Shown here one piece after another: positions 39,420-51,395 of a stretch of DNA of 64,000 nucleotides. Each line of letters starts with the position of its first letter. The stretch's first letter is position 1. Source of the DNA: Camelus ferus (taxonomy: Eukaryota); assembly GCF_009834535.1 (NCBI RefSeq), contig NC_045696.1, positions 15,874,001 through 15,938,000 of the forward strand, written 5' to 3'. The notes beneath the pieces are model-generated. The model was not told where the DNA came from and made no database searches. It worked only from the letters and a program-made list of their open reading frames with translations. The translations under genes and the position numbers were made by a program.

Positions 39420-39545
39420 TATTTATTCTATTCTCTCATTATTATAATATTATTGCTATAATATTAATTATTAAATAATATAAGTATATTAATGTAAATT
39501 AATATTTAATTAATAACTGACCTACAGGAATATATAATTTATATA
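39420..39545. repeat. AT-rich low-complexity tract
   Basis: Almost pure A/T (tattataatattattgctataatattaattattaaataata...). Confidence 0.7.
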
Positions 39546-39824
39546 CCCATCCAAAAGACTGTGCATTCTGATAAAAAACTATATAACAATAAGCATTTGG
39601 GGGACTAAAATTAAGATAGGAAAACTGAAGAACCGGAGTCAAAATCCACAGTGTGTATAAAGTTGAACACAAAGTATATACACAGTGTGTATGAAGTGCA
39701 GCAAGGTTTAAAGCTCTCTAGGAATAAATCAATACACAAAAAATTAAATTCTGTCCATGAAAGAGTGACTTTTCTGCCCCTAACTTGACCAAATACAGAT
39801 AGAAAAAAATTTTTTTAATTCAAA

Positions 39825-40712
39825 AAAGGGAGGCAAATTTAAAGGGCAAAAACTTTGAAAGGTGTTTCATGAAAAAGGCTATCAAAACTGACAACAAGCA
39901 TATGCTCAGCATCATTACTCAACAGGGAAGTGCAAATTAAAACCCAAAACGAGATACCACCAACCCCCTACCAGAATGACAACAACTAAAAAGGCTAACA
40001 ATTGTTACGTGTTGGCAAGGACAGGGAGCAAGTGCACTGCACTCTCATAGATTGTTAGTAAGAGTGTGAATTGATACAATAAATTTGCTTCGAAATAGTA
40101 CTTGATAGTATCTATTAAAACTATATGCCTACTATGACCAAATAATTCCAGTCTTACATATATATCCAAGAGAAATGAATGCATATGCCCACTAAAAAAC
40201 AAAACAAAACAAGAATTCTTAGCAACTTTCTTCATTATTACCAAAACCTAACAACACAAATGTCCATCAGCAGTAGAATAAATACATAGCAGTTAAAAGG
40301 AAAAAGAACTATTGCTTAATACAATGAATATGAATGATGTTTAACGACAATAGTCATGAGGAAAACGACAGAATTGAGTACAACCTACGTTCTTAGAAGG
40401 TTTTTATAAAACATCCTTCTTTAAAACATTTTTAGAGTTTAATAACTGGTAAAACAAATTAGTCTTGAAAAAGTCAGAATATTTATTTTGGGAGGGAATT
40501 GTGGATAGGTGGGTTTTGATAGGATGGGACACAAGGGATCCTTCTGGTTTGCTGGACGCGCTCTGTATCTTCTGGGTAGTGGTTACAGTTACACAATTTG
40601 TGTGTGTGTAGAAATTCAAAGCACATTAATATATAAACATACATGTAAAAATATATTACTTGACATTGCTATATCTTATAGGGTGTATGCTGTATACCTC
40701 AATAAAAATTAA
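39825..40712 (+). mobile_element. Old L1 (L1MC/ME-like), ORF2 end and 3' UTR
   Basis: cagggaagtgcaaattaaaacccaaaacgagataccac...ccagaatg, atatatccaagagaaatgaatgcatatgccc, ending tatacctcaataaaaa. Confidence 0.8.
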
Positions 40713-40898
40713 CAACTGAGGATTTTACATCTTGGTGGCAGAGGTAGGTGAAAGACTTACCAGAGTCCTCTTTTCAGTGGAGAATGCAAGAGATGAACTT
40801 CCTAATGGCTTATTTCCCTCCTCATGGTCCAGCATGAAGAACCAACAATGGAGCATTTTTATTTTCCTTAGCCTATTGGTCTCTGCTTATATGATGTG

Positions 40899-41410
40899 TG
40901 TATGGGTTTCCTGGGGCTGTCATAATAAACTGTCACAAATTTGATGGCTCAAAACAACAGAAATTTATTCTCTCAAAGTTCTGGAGACCGGAAGTCAGAA
41001 ATCCAGGGTTGTATTCCCTCAGAAAGCTCTAGGGGAGACTCCTTCCTTGCCTCTTCCAACTTCTAGTGGCTCCAGGTGGTCCTTGACTTGTGGCTGCATC
41101 TCTCCAATCTCTACCACTGTCCTCGCATGGCCTTCTCTGAGTCCTGTGTCTTTTCTTCTGATACAAGGATGTTTGTCTGTGGCCATACCATCCTGAACAT
41201 GCCCAATCCCGTCAGATACAAGGACACTTGTCATGGATTTGGGGCACACCCAGATAATCTCATCTAGATCCAGAGTGATCTCATCTAGAGACCATTAACT
41301 TAATTACATCTGCAAACATCCTCTTTCTAGATAAGGCCACATTCACAGGTTCTCGGTTTTAGGACATGGATATATCTTTTGGAGGCTACCTCAAAATTCA
41401 ACCCACTAAA
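40899..41410 (-). mobile_element. MaLR solo LTR (MLT1C-like)
   Basis: tgtatgggtttcctggggctgtcataataaac...aaacaacagaaatttattctctcaaagttctggag...taattacatctgcaaacatcc...attcaacccactaaa. Confidence 0.88.
41175..41217 (+). pseudogene. 3'-truncated (tailless) 5S rRNA retropseudogene, 5S nt 1-43
   Basis: gtctgtggccataccatcctgaacatgcccaatcccgtcagat matches mammalian 5S GTCTACGGCCATACCACCCTGAACGCGCCCGATCTCGTCTGAT at 35/43 positions, and 4 of the 8 differences are CpG transitions. Flanked by a degenerate TSD. Confidence 0.88.
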
Positions 41411-41619
41411 ATGTATATAGACTAAAATGAATGCAAATTCCCATTATAATGAAGCTAAGATAATATAACATATACTCTCTAATCAGTTAAGAACAACAAA
41501 AGTGTATGTTTGCTTTGTGTTTTCCAGATACAAAAGAAGTTTTAATTTTTTTACCTGATTTAACCTTCATAATCAGACTCCATATAATAAAAAAGATTTG
41601 CTGTGGTAACAAGACTATA

Positions 41620-41801
41620 CAGTTGACAACTGAATTTTTGCAGGGGTTGAAAATCTCCATATAACTTCTAAGTTATAGTCAGCCTTATGTATTTGCAGTT
41701 CCTCCATCTCTGCAATTCAACAAACCACAGATCATGGATACTGTAGTGCTTACTCTAGAAAAAAAAGCCATTTCAAACCTGTGCTGTTCAAGGACCAACT
41801 G
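41620..41801. mobile_element. Tigger2/MER8-type MITE with TA target duplication
   Basis: ta|cagttgac... and ...tttcaaacctgtgctgttcaaggaccaactg|ta match the Tigger2-type TIR CAGTTGACCCTTGAACAAC. Confidence 0.75.
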
Positions 41802-42025
41802 TATTTATCACCTCTTCCTTTATTTAACCAACTAGAACCCTACTAGTGGGATACAGTGTTGAAAGTTTTAGTCTTAGTTCAAAACAGATTTAGTCTAAGC
41901 CCATTTCAAAGAAAGGGAATAGGACATTAAACTTCTAACTCATGAAGGAAAGGGTTCAAAATCACTTAAACAGTAACACCAACGTAATATGATGGCATGT
42001 GATAGAAGACAAAATTCTTCAGGTC

Positions 42026-42069
42026 AAACTTCCTAAGAAACAAGTTGAAACTTCTTAAGAAATAAGTTG
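42026..42069. repeat. 22-bp tandem duplication
   Basis: aaacttcctaagaaacaagttg / aaacttcttaagaaataagttg. Confidence 0.85.
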
Positions 42070-43251
42070 AACAAACATAGAAATGTTTGACTGAAAATAT
42101 AAAATTGGTCCCTAGCTAAAGCTAAGAAACATTGTTTTCTGTTTTCTTCTTTTATGGTTGCTGACTTTGGCCCACCGTAAGCCATAATAATATATTATAT
42201 TTAAGAATTCAATACATTCACTTTTTGAATACCAAACATTCTGTCTACAAGTTTAGAAATAAGAGTGTCGTTTAGAAACATGCATTGTTTCTTTTCTTCC
42301 CCAAATTATGTTATAAATTAGCATACTTTATAGGTACTTTATATGTGCGTGATACATGTTTCTTTGTAAAACAAATTCACTACTGTAATTAAGTATCCGA
42401 ATTTATATTGGTGAATATTGAGCCATTATTTACATAAAACAAATATTCTACTAACAGAGAAAAAAAAAAACCTCCTATAAGTAATTATGGGCATTGTGTA
42501 TTTCAAACGTAATTCCACTTACAAAAATTTGATTTTCACACCACTATTCTTCTATGCATAGAATGGGATGCATTTGTAGTTACTGCATAAGAAACAACTT
42601 GGCTTTCAACAACAGGGTAGGAGATATTTCCCAAACCAAATATCCTAAACTGCTCTTTTATCCTCTCAGACTTAAAAAGGGAATTTCAATTTGTTAAATA
42701 GACGCATGGAAATGGAGAACTGCCTTTTATTGTTGTGCAAAAGACAAGATTTTATGAAAATTGGTAAGAAGCATTTTCCCGCAATAGCATATTATGAGGT
42801 GTGGACTTAAAAAGGTTTTTCTATGACCAGTACTGTAATTGGGCAGATTTTGGGCTGCAAATACCATGTCTGCATTAAGAGCCAGATTTTCCTAAGAGTT
42901 GACTATTGGGAGCACTTTAGATTATAGCACAAAATACTCATTGATTATTTTGCCAATGAAAATTTTAGTTCTCTTGACAATCTGATCGGTGTTTTAGAAG
43001 ACGGCGTTTAAAATGGAAAGGACAGGCAGTGGGACAAGACGCAGCGAAGCAGATGCAAGGACGTAAAGGGGGAAAGCAGGCTGAGGGCGGGACCTTTCAC
43101 AGAGGCCAGCAGCTGTGTCCTATCACGAGGCATTTTCCTCAAGACATCCTGGGATTCCAAATGGTCTCGCAAAATGGGGAAGGCGGCCAGAAACCAGCCT
43201 ACCCGAGTTAAGAGACTACTGGTTATAGATGTAAGTTTGGAGTGAAAAGCT

Positions 43252-43468
43252 AACAGTATAGCAAAGTGTGCTCAAGTTTCAGGCATAACCAAGTTCAAGT
43301 GCTATGCCAACCATTTACTAGTTGTGTGACTAGTGAATAATCTGCTCCGGCATCCTGAGACTTAGTTTCCTTATCTGAGAAGCAGGGATAGAAGTGATAT
43401 CTACCTGGTTAGAGTTATGCTTGGCATTTAGTGAATAGTCAATAAATGGTATTATCATTATTATTTTA
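43252..43468 (+). mobile_element. MIR
   Basis: ccatttactagttgtgtgact...cttagtttccttatctgagaagcagggatag...cttggcatttagtgaatagtcaataaatggtattatcattatt. Confidence 0.7.
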
Positions 43469-43917
43469 TTATTGCTTAGGGAGGTGATAAAGTAAGATTC
43501 AATTGATGTTTTTTGTTTGTTTTACTGGAAATATACCTGTTCTTTTTCCTCTTTATGGAAGAAGCTCTAGAAGTGAAGAACGGTGAAGTGATTCTGATGA
43601 TCCCCTGGTGAGAGCCTCCACCCAAAGGAAAGAAGGTTGTCAAGAGCTAAGCAGAATATCCAGTCACCACCCATGCAGACGAAGATATAGGGCAACTGGA
43701 TGTGCATTCAGGAACCAACTGGAAGGACCAGATAAGCAGATTTGGGAAACTCAGCAGGGTTTTGAGAAGATCCTGTCTCTGTGAACTCGTAGGACTTAGA
43801 GTCTCAGCCCGGATCCACTTGCTTAGATGAACTCCTCATGCTGATGGGGCCATGGCCCTGATGCTCTGTGGCCCTGGTTCCACGATATCAACAGGGATGA
43901 CTCTGCTGGAGACCGGC

Positions 43918-44290
43918 TGTCATGGGCTGAATTGTGTTTTCCCCAAAACTCATACACTGAAGTCCTAACCCCAGTACCTCAGAATGGGACTGTATATGGA
44001 AATAGTCTTTAAAGAGATAATTCAATTGAAATAAGGCCATGCAGGTGGGCCTTAATTCAATATGACCAGTGTCCTTATAAGAAGAGGAATCTAAACACAG
44101 AGACAGGTAGAGGGAAGGAGATGTAAAGACAAGGGCAGAAGACCATCTAAGAGTCAAGGAGAGAAGCCTGGGACAGATCCTTCCCTCATGGCTCTCAGAA
44201 GAAACCAAACTTGCAGACACCTTGATCAAACTTCTAGCCTCCAGAAATGTGAGAAATAATTTCTATGTTTAAGCCACTCAGCTTGTGACC
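43918..44290 (+). mobile_element. MaLR solo LTR (MLT1B-like)
   Basis: tgtcatgggctgaattgtgttttccccaaaactcatacactgaagtcctaaccccagtacctcagaatg...ttgcagacaccttgatc...cttctagcctccagaaatgtgagaaataatttctatgtttaagccac. Confidence 0.88.
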
Positions 44291-44764
44291 TTTTCATCTC
44301 TCTTCACATAATCTTAATCACACAAATACACCCATACAAACACATCCCCACAAGTTAGCCTATACAGTGGAGCAATATTTTATTGAGCAGATTCCAAGTT
44401 ACAGATTTCCTTCAGAATCAGGAAAGTTTGTCATGCCTGTACACCAGTGCCCATGAGTCCCAGACAGTTGGTTCATCGTGAATGTTTTAGAGTCATCTGT
44501 ACTTCTGTTCTGACACTATAACCACTGTCACTACCAAAAAGTTGGGGTCACTTCTAATTAACTAGGTGTATGTTGAAAGTACTTTTGATGGGGCCTCTAG
44601 AAGGAATGCAGTAACAGTCTGTTTTTAGCAAGAAAGAAAAAACAGTGTCACTTGTTTCTTTTATCTTACAACCAAGGTTTAAAAAAGTATGAGTTGGGTA
44701 ATTAACACATATGGTTCTTAATGTAAATGTTTAAATTATAATGGTGCTTCCTTCAAATAATACA

Positions 44765-45030
44765 CATGTCATTCCAGGCACTGTGCTGGGCATGAGGAGG
44801 GCCACTAGGCACAGGACAAGTATGATCCCTGCTTACATTAAGGAGCTTACATTCAGGTGAAGTAGACAAAAAAACAAACCAACAAAATGTCAAATAATTA
44901 GATAACTATGAATGGTGGTAGTTGTGTGAAAGAACTATGAAGAGGGAGCTAGAGAATGATAGATAGCAGAGAGTAGACATTTTAGAGGATAATCTGGAAG
45001 ATCTCTCTGATGAGGTGGCCTTTCTTTCAA
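44765..45030 (-). mobile_element. L2 fragment
   Basis: ccaggcactgtgctggg...gatccctgcttacattaaggagcttacattcaggtg...gaagatctctctgatgaggtggcc. Confidence 0.55.
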
Positions 45031-45769
45031 ACTTGATAATTGGACCAACGTCATGGTAAATTCTGTTCCACGACCAGAGTCTGAACATTTCAGTTATAAG
45101 GTACAGTGCAAAAATGACAAACTTCTTCAACTAAACCCAAATTACACGCCTCGTGCCCTTCCATAAACATGATGATCTCTTGGACACTAAAAAGTTGATG
45201 TAAAAAGAAGATAAATGAGTAAAATCTGGTGCTTTGTCTTCTAGTTTTATGGAATTCCAAACTAACTGTGAACAGCTTACAGAAACAGACAAGTTCATTG
45301 GGTTCAGTCCCTGGCAAGACAGCACACAGCACTTAATCCTAGCCAGAGTATTACCTGTACATTCAAATCTACAAGAGAAATAAATTTCAGCATTCAATTG
45401 TCAGCTCTAGCCACAGAGAATGGAAACAGGGAAAGATGTACTTATCCAATGTGAGAATAACCTGAGCTCCCAAGCAGGTTAGCTGCTTTGGTAAATTTTA
45501 ATAAATTACTATGTAATTTAGCCAATGGAACAGCCAAAGGTATATAATACAGAGAATTATTTCTAAGTTTTCATCAATTTCAATCTGCTCTAGTTTGGAA
45601 AATTTTCTGCATTAAACCAGCTGTGTTTTGTTTTGTTTTGTTTTGTAGAAAGATCATAAAATGCAGAAAAGCAGGAAGGAAAAAAAAAGCTACCCTTGTG
45701 GTAGCTCAAAGGTAATAAGGGCCCTATTTTGTCATTCCTCCCTGTGTCTACAACCTTTGTCTGTAACTC

Positions 45770-46200
45770 AAAGTGATCTCCCATTCTGTGCTTAGCCATT
45801 TGACCTGCTTAGGTCAACAAGATTATGATGAGTGTGACACAGACAAAGACATGAAAGGTCCTTGCATGACTGAGCTTACTTCTACCACTACTATTAGTAG
45901 GACATGCCCCGATCAGCCCTCTTGTATCAGGAGGAGAATGAGAGACAAAAGGACCAGACTTGAGCTGCCCAGTCTTGCTACTCAAGGCCATCACAGAAGC
46001 CACCCAGACTTGGAAGAGAGCCTAGCCAAGGTCAGCAAAGCCCTTCTCAACCTACAGCTGACAGTAAACACATGAGATGAGCCCAAGCCAAGCCTGACTG
46101 GCTGACACTGCAGACCTGGAAGCTGAATAAACACTTGTCGTATCCCACTTGTCGGACTGTTGCTGTTTATTAGGGAGAATTACTGTGACAATCAATTTTT
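45770..46200 (+). mobile_element. Old MaLR LTR (MLT1G/H-like)
   Basis: gccatttgacctgcttaggtcaacaagat...gtgtgacacag...gcatgactgagcttac...ggagaatgagagac...aataaacacttgtcg. Confidence 0.55.
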
Positions 46201-47396
46201 GATACACCACCCTGAAACCGAACAATTTAACATTGCTCTAATTTTTCTTTAGCTTTTTGCATAATTTATGGGTTTACTAAAGGTTAAAGACAGCCATCTA
46301 CATCAGCATAGAGCATGGTGAGTTCTGGTTTCCTAGATTTAATCATCACATCGGGCTAGCAGAGATACCAGGAGAGAAGAATCTAACTATAGCTCTGACG
46401 TTGAAAGTTCACTGTGGTAAATTAGAGCAATTTCTGATTTTCCAACCAGCAACCAGCAAGGAACAGCTCTAAGGGGGAAAAAGCAGACCATCTCATCAAG
46501 TCAAGAAAGTAAAATGGGCTAGATGTAGGGAGTGAAGCTGGAAATAGAGTTGGGTGGGGGGAAGGCATTCCAAATGGAAAGAACCGTGTGACACTTAAGG
46601 CTCTTTCCTTATAAGCATCTCTGGCCACCTTAGGTAAACAAAAGAACTTATTGGAAAGATTCTGGGTAGCTCACAGATTCAAAAAAAAGCCAGCCTTGCA
46701 AGATTAAGTAAGGACAGGAAAGGTCACCCCGAGAGAGCTCAGTAGCAGTAACAGGTCTCTTTCGGATGTGCCCTCTAGGCCAAGTCAGTTTCAGTTACCT
46801 TTGGCTTAAGCTGCTATTCTGCTCAGAGCTGAAGACCTGGCAAAGATCATCCAAATGTGTGAGGGTTACATATGCTCCCTTTCCACATTATTAAAATCAC
46901 TTATATTAGATTGGACTCCAGCTGAGTAGAGAAATGGTCCGTTCGCATCAAGAAACAGATGTCTCCAAGAAGGTCTCTCCATCTTAGCGAGGGCTGCTCC
47001 TGGATTACCCTCAAGGAGCTCAGCAGCTGGGAGGTCTGTCTCACCATGACAACATGACTGCTTCCGAGCACGGCTCCCACCGGCCCGCAGGGCACTGGAC
47101 AACGACTCAGTAAAATAGCTACTCCAAAGCACGTGGGTCTGAACAAAGGCAATGGGGACAGGATGACTGACTTGGAGAGGTGAAATGAATACGACCGTAA
47201 TTCCCAAGGGGAAATTCTGTATGCCCCGTTATCTTTTCCTAAAAGAGGTAAACTAAAATATAACACAAAAAATTAAATTTAAGGATTTCAGTTTGTGTGC
47301 CAGTTCACAAGGTGCGCCAAAGTGACCCTTGTGCCATGCGAAGTTCCACGGCTGAATGTATCCGGAAATGATCCAACAGGATAGGTGGTCAGCTAA

Positions 47397-47830
47397 AGCC
47401 CCCCACCACATTTGCAGGGCTCAGGGCAAGAGTACAAACAGAGGTCCCTGTTCCATCTATTTAAAGATTTTAAATCAAGTTAATAAACTGTTAAATCAAA
47501 TAGGTTCTACTCTTCTGCCTTGACAAATACTCCTGCATGACAACCTGGGAGGCCAGGTTCAAATTTATAATTTTCCAGCCCTATGGGGTACTTTGCCAGA
47601 ACACGGCACTTGGGAAGAGCCAGCCCCCAATCATTGGTTGCCCTGAGGCCTGCTCCGTTTTCCTTCCTACCCCAGCTCCATCCCACATGTCAAAGGCCTT
47701 CATGAGCATGCATGCAGAAATCCCAGTTCATGAATGTAAACGCATCCGCAATACACCACACCCTGCAATCAGCCTCCCCTTGGCCACACTTGGGAGCAGG
47801 GGTTTGTGTGCCAGTGTAGTTACCTCCTCC
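47397..47830. mobile_element. hAT-Tip100 element (MER115/Zaphod-like), tentative
   Basis: tttgcagggctcagggcaagagtacaaacagagg...ttgacaaatactcctgcatgacaacctgggaggccaggttcaaattta. Confidence 0.5.
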
Positions 47831-47864
47831 TATGATGACAGACTCTGGGGAGGCGTCTACTGAA

Positions 47865-48290
47865 GTGGGCCCTGTGACATGACACCAAGACCCCCTTCAA
47901 TGAAAGACTCCTTTCCCCATCTTCCAGGACTGCTGCAGGCAGATAAATCATTTTTAGTTAATAGCCTCTTCAGGATCACTCAGCTACAAAAATATGCCTC
48001 CACCAAGGTCATGCTCATTCCAGGGATGACTCACATTCAACGGCGGACTGATGTGGGAGTATACAGCCTGCCCAGCCTGGCCCGTTTCTAGCTGCAAGGC
48101 TCCCATGCAGTCAGCTAAGGCTTTTGCTAGCCCTGCAACAGAGCTCAATTTCTTCCTCTGTCCAGTCCTGCTTCCTTTCCTGAGCTTCCCCAAGGTTCCA
48201 CCTCAAGGCCACTTCTTTCTAAACAAGCTGCCTGCTAAACCCTTTGGAGGGAGTCTGCTTCCTTCCCGGGGAACCCAACTTGAGCTCTGG
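47865..48290 (+). mobile_element. ERVL LTR (LTR16-like)
   Basis: ggactgatgtgggagtata ... ttcctctgtccagtcctgcttcctttcc ... gagtctgcttccttcccggggaacccaac matches the LTR16 3' end. Confidence 0.7.
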
Positions 48291-48532
48291 CAGAGACAGC
48301 AGAACTAAGTTCAGTGCTGTATGAGCAGTAATTCCAGGATGCTGTGGTCCAAAAAGGCAGGGCACAGGCTCAGATGGGCACATTCCCTTCGGCCCATGAA
48401 CCCTTCATCTTGTGGTGGGAGGTCCTCCAGAGCGGAGTTCTCTGAAGAACATGGCCTCGTGTAGTGGTCCTCTTGACTGGATCTAAGGGCAGCACTAATC
48501 AGCTATATCGCTTTTTAAAGGTCCTCAAATTC

Positions 48533-49439
48533 CCACTAACTTAATGACTTCACACAAATTTTATTCTCTTACAATTCTGGAGGTCAGAATTTCAAAACTG
48601 GTTTTATGGTGCTAAAGTCAAGGTGTTGGCAGGGCTACACTCCTGGAAACTTGAGGGGAGAACTGTTTCCTTGTCTTTTCCAACCTAGAGGTGTTGCCCT
48701 CCTCGGCTCATGGCCCCTTCCTCCAACTTCGAAAGCAGCAATGTAAGATCTCCAGATCTCTCTCTGACCCTGACACTCCTACCATGGAAACAACCCAAAT
48801 GTCCACTGACAGATGACTGGATAAAGAAGATGTGGTGTATAGATATATACACAAAGGAATACTACTCAGCCATAAAAATAATAAAATAATGCCCTTTGCA
48901 GCAACATGGATGGACCTGGAGAACATCATTTTAAATGAAGTAAACCAGAAAGAAAAAGAAATCACTTATATGAGGAATCTTAAAAAAAAAAGGACACAAA
49001 TGAACTTATCTACAAAACAGAAACAGACTCACAGACATAGAAAACTAACTTATGGTTACCAGGGGGTAAAGGAGGTGGGAAGGGATAAATTGGGAATTCG
49101 AAAATTGCACCTCTTGGGGAGTGATGGAAATATTAGCTACCACGATTGTGGTAGCAGTTTCATGGGTGTACACATCTACCAAAATTCATCAAATTGTACA
49201 TCTGAAACATGTGTAGTGTACTGTACAGGAATCATACCATAATAAGGTGTTTTTTAAAAAAAAAGGACACCTGTGATTACATTTAGGGTTCTCCCAAACA
49301 ATCCAAGATAATCTTCCTATTTCAAGATCCTTAATTTAATCACACCTGCAAACTCCCTTTTGCCATGAACTATCCCATAGTCACAGGTTTAGGATTAAGA
49401 TGCAGACATTTAGAAGAGAATATTATTCTGCCTACCACA
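48533..49439 (-). mobile_element. MaLR LTR (MLT1D-like) split by an L1 insertion
   Basis: aaattttattctcttacaattctggaggtcagaatttc...catggccccttcctccaacttcgaaagcagc | aaggacacctgtgattacatttaggg...taatcacacctgcaaactcccttttgcc...tattctgcctaccaca. Confidence 0.85.
48781..49264 (+). mobile_element. Composite L1 3' insertion: younger L1 3' segment (about 48781-49108) joined to an older L1MC/MD-type 3' end with A-tail
   Basis: catggaaacaacccaaatgtccactgacagatgactgg...gggataaattgggaattcgaaaattgca, then gagtgatggaaatatt...gattgtggtagcagtttcatgggtgtacac...aataaggtgttttttaaaaaaaaa. Confidence 0.8.
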
Positions 49440-49494
49440 CTATCTTAGAGCAGGAAGTCTAAATTTTAGCTAAGTCTGCAAAGTTTACTTGTTT

Positions 49495-49880
49495 CAGCCA
49501 CACTGGCCTCACAAAAATCCTCCACGCTCCAGGCATGCCCCCATCTTAGGGTCCATGTGGATGGAATATTTTTCCTGCAGATGTGGCTTACTTCCTCACC
49601 TTCTTCCAATCTTTACTCAGATGAGACCTCCTCAATAAGGTCTCCCCTGGGAACACTATCTAAAATGACAGCCCACCCCTTCCCCTGGACATTTCCCATC
49701 TCTCTTGCTTTTTTCTCCTTGGAAGTTATGAAGATGACTCATCTGTTGTGTTCCTTTGCTGCCCACCCCATGGAACGTAGCTCCACGATGGTGGAATCTG
49801 AGTCTGTATCTCCAGCCCTCACACAGTGCTGCCTGGCATGTGGTCGCACTGAGTACAGGGCGGCTGGGTTAGTTAACGGA
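49495..49880 (+). mobile_element. L2 3' fragment
   Basis: cagccacactggcctc...tggcttacttcctcaccttc...ctgtatctccagccctcacacagtgctgcctggcatgtgg. Confidence 0.6.
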
Positions 49881-49940
49881 AGGTTCTACTGTGGAAGCGG
49901 GAAAGCCCAGCATTACTCGGGAAGAAGGGAAAGAGATGAT

Positions 49941-50385
49941 GCCTTAGTCAGGGTTCCCCTAAGAGGACAGCCTAGGATAAGGACTGGTCACAGTTAGTTT
50001 ATTTGGAAGCAGAACTTAGGAAGCAGAAATGAAGAAACAAAAGTGAGGAAAACCATCAGGTAGATGGTGCTTACTGAGGTCTCTTCTATAGGCAGCGAGA
50101 GTGGGATTCTGCCATGACCTCTGGGATGCGCTCATGAAACGCCCCCCAGAACTGATTACCTAAAAGGTAAGAGACTGGAACATTTTTCCACTTGCTGCCG
50201 TCTCCCACTGGACATGAAGCCCTCCTCTGCTCCTGGAACCTTGAGTTTCCCAACGTGAGCCAGCTGGGGGACCCGTGCACTGAAGAAGGCTCTGGGGAAG
50301 ATGGCAAAGAGACAGATGCAGGTGCTTGCAGCAAGATCGGGGCAGGAACAGAAAAGTCTGAGCTTCCATGGTCTGTCCACCACAG
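49941..50385 (-). mobile_element. ERVL-class LTR (LTR16/LTR33-like)
   Basis: cttagtcagggttcccctaagaggacagcctaggataagg...tagtttatttggaagcag...ttaggaagcag, ending gtctgtccaccaca (TG-start on the minus strand). Confidence 0.6.
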
Positions 50386-50889
50386 CCGTGGTTAAAATCA
50401 GAAGAGAGCTGAGTAAATGAACACAGGCATCCAGGGCCTCTGTTTCCGATGAGGAAAACAAGCATGGGGCATGTTATTTACCACTGACTTTCGCTTAATG
50501 ATGATTTCTCACTCTTGCCATATGGCTTAAAAACAGTAATAATTACTAATATGTATATAGCATGCTCATACATACGTGTATATCCCAATTTCCTCATGAG
50601 GCAACTATTCTCATTAGTTTTCGAGGCTTGGAAAAAGGAACGGAAAAAATATATCTGGTGGAGCTCCTGATGTGGCAATCAGGGATAAAAAGATACAAAT
50701 CATTAAAACAATCAGAGACAGTTTTGCCCAGCAAATTGACAAAGCTGTTCTTAGCACTCTATTCCCCAGTGTCAACGAGAATACAATGAGATGGCACCCT
50801 AGTACTATAAAGGGAGAAACTGATACATCCCTTCTGGAGGGCAATTTGAAAGCATGCACCGAACATCATTTAAAAATATTCATTCATAC

Positions 50890-51191
50890 GGAACACTACT
50901 CAGCCATAAAAAAAATGAAATTTTGCCATGTGCAGTAACATGGATGGACTTGGAGGGCATTATGCTAAGTGAAGTCAGTCAGACAGAAAAGGGCAAATAC
51001 AGTATGATATCACTTATATGCAGAATCTTAAAAATACAACAGACTAGTGAATATAACAAAAAAGAAGCAGATTCACAGATATAAAGAGAACAAATTAGTG
51101 TTCACCAGTGGGAAGAGGGAATGGGGCAGGGGCCATGCAGGGGTAGGGGATTAAGAGGTACAAACTATTAGGAATAAAATAAGCTACAAGG

Positions 51192-51238
<47 letters not shown>

Positions 51239-51395
51239 CATATATATATGTATATATATATATATATGGGAACATAGCCAATATTTTATAAAACTATAAA
51301 TGGAGTATAACCTTTAAACATTGTGAACCACTATATTGTACACATGTAACATTCAATATTGTACATCAAGTATATTTCAATAAAAGGACAAAAAA
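50890..51395 (+). mobile_element. L1 3' UTR nested in older L1ME-like sequence (about 50650-51700)
   Basis: ggaacactactcagccataaaaaaaatgaaattttgccatgtgcagtaacatggatggacttggagggcattatgctaagtgaag...tatttcaataaaa. Contains (TG)n/(TA)n at about 51192-51267. Confidence 0.85.

Noticed and set aside
49557..49997. 146-aa ORF
   Set aside because: It spans an L2 fragment and the edge of an LTR, so it is repeat-derived.
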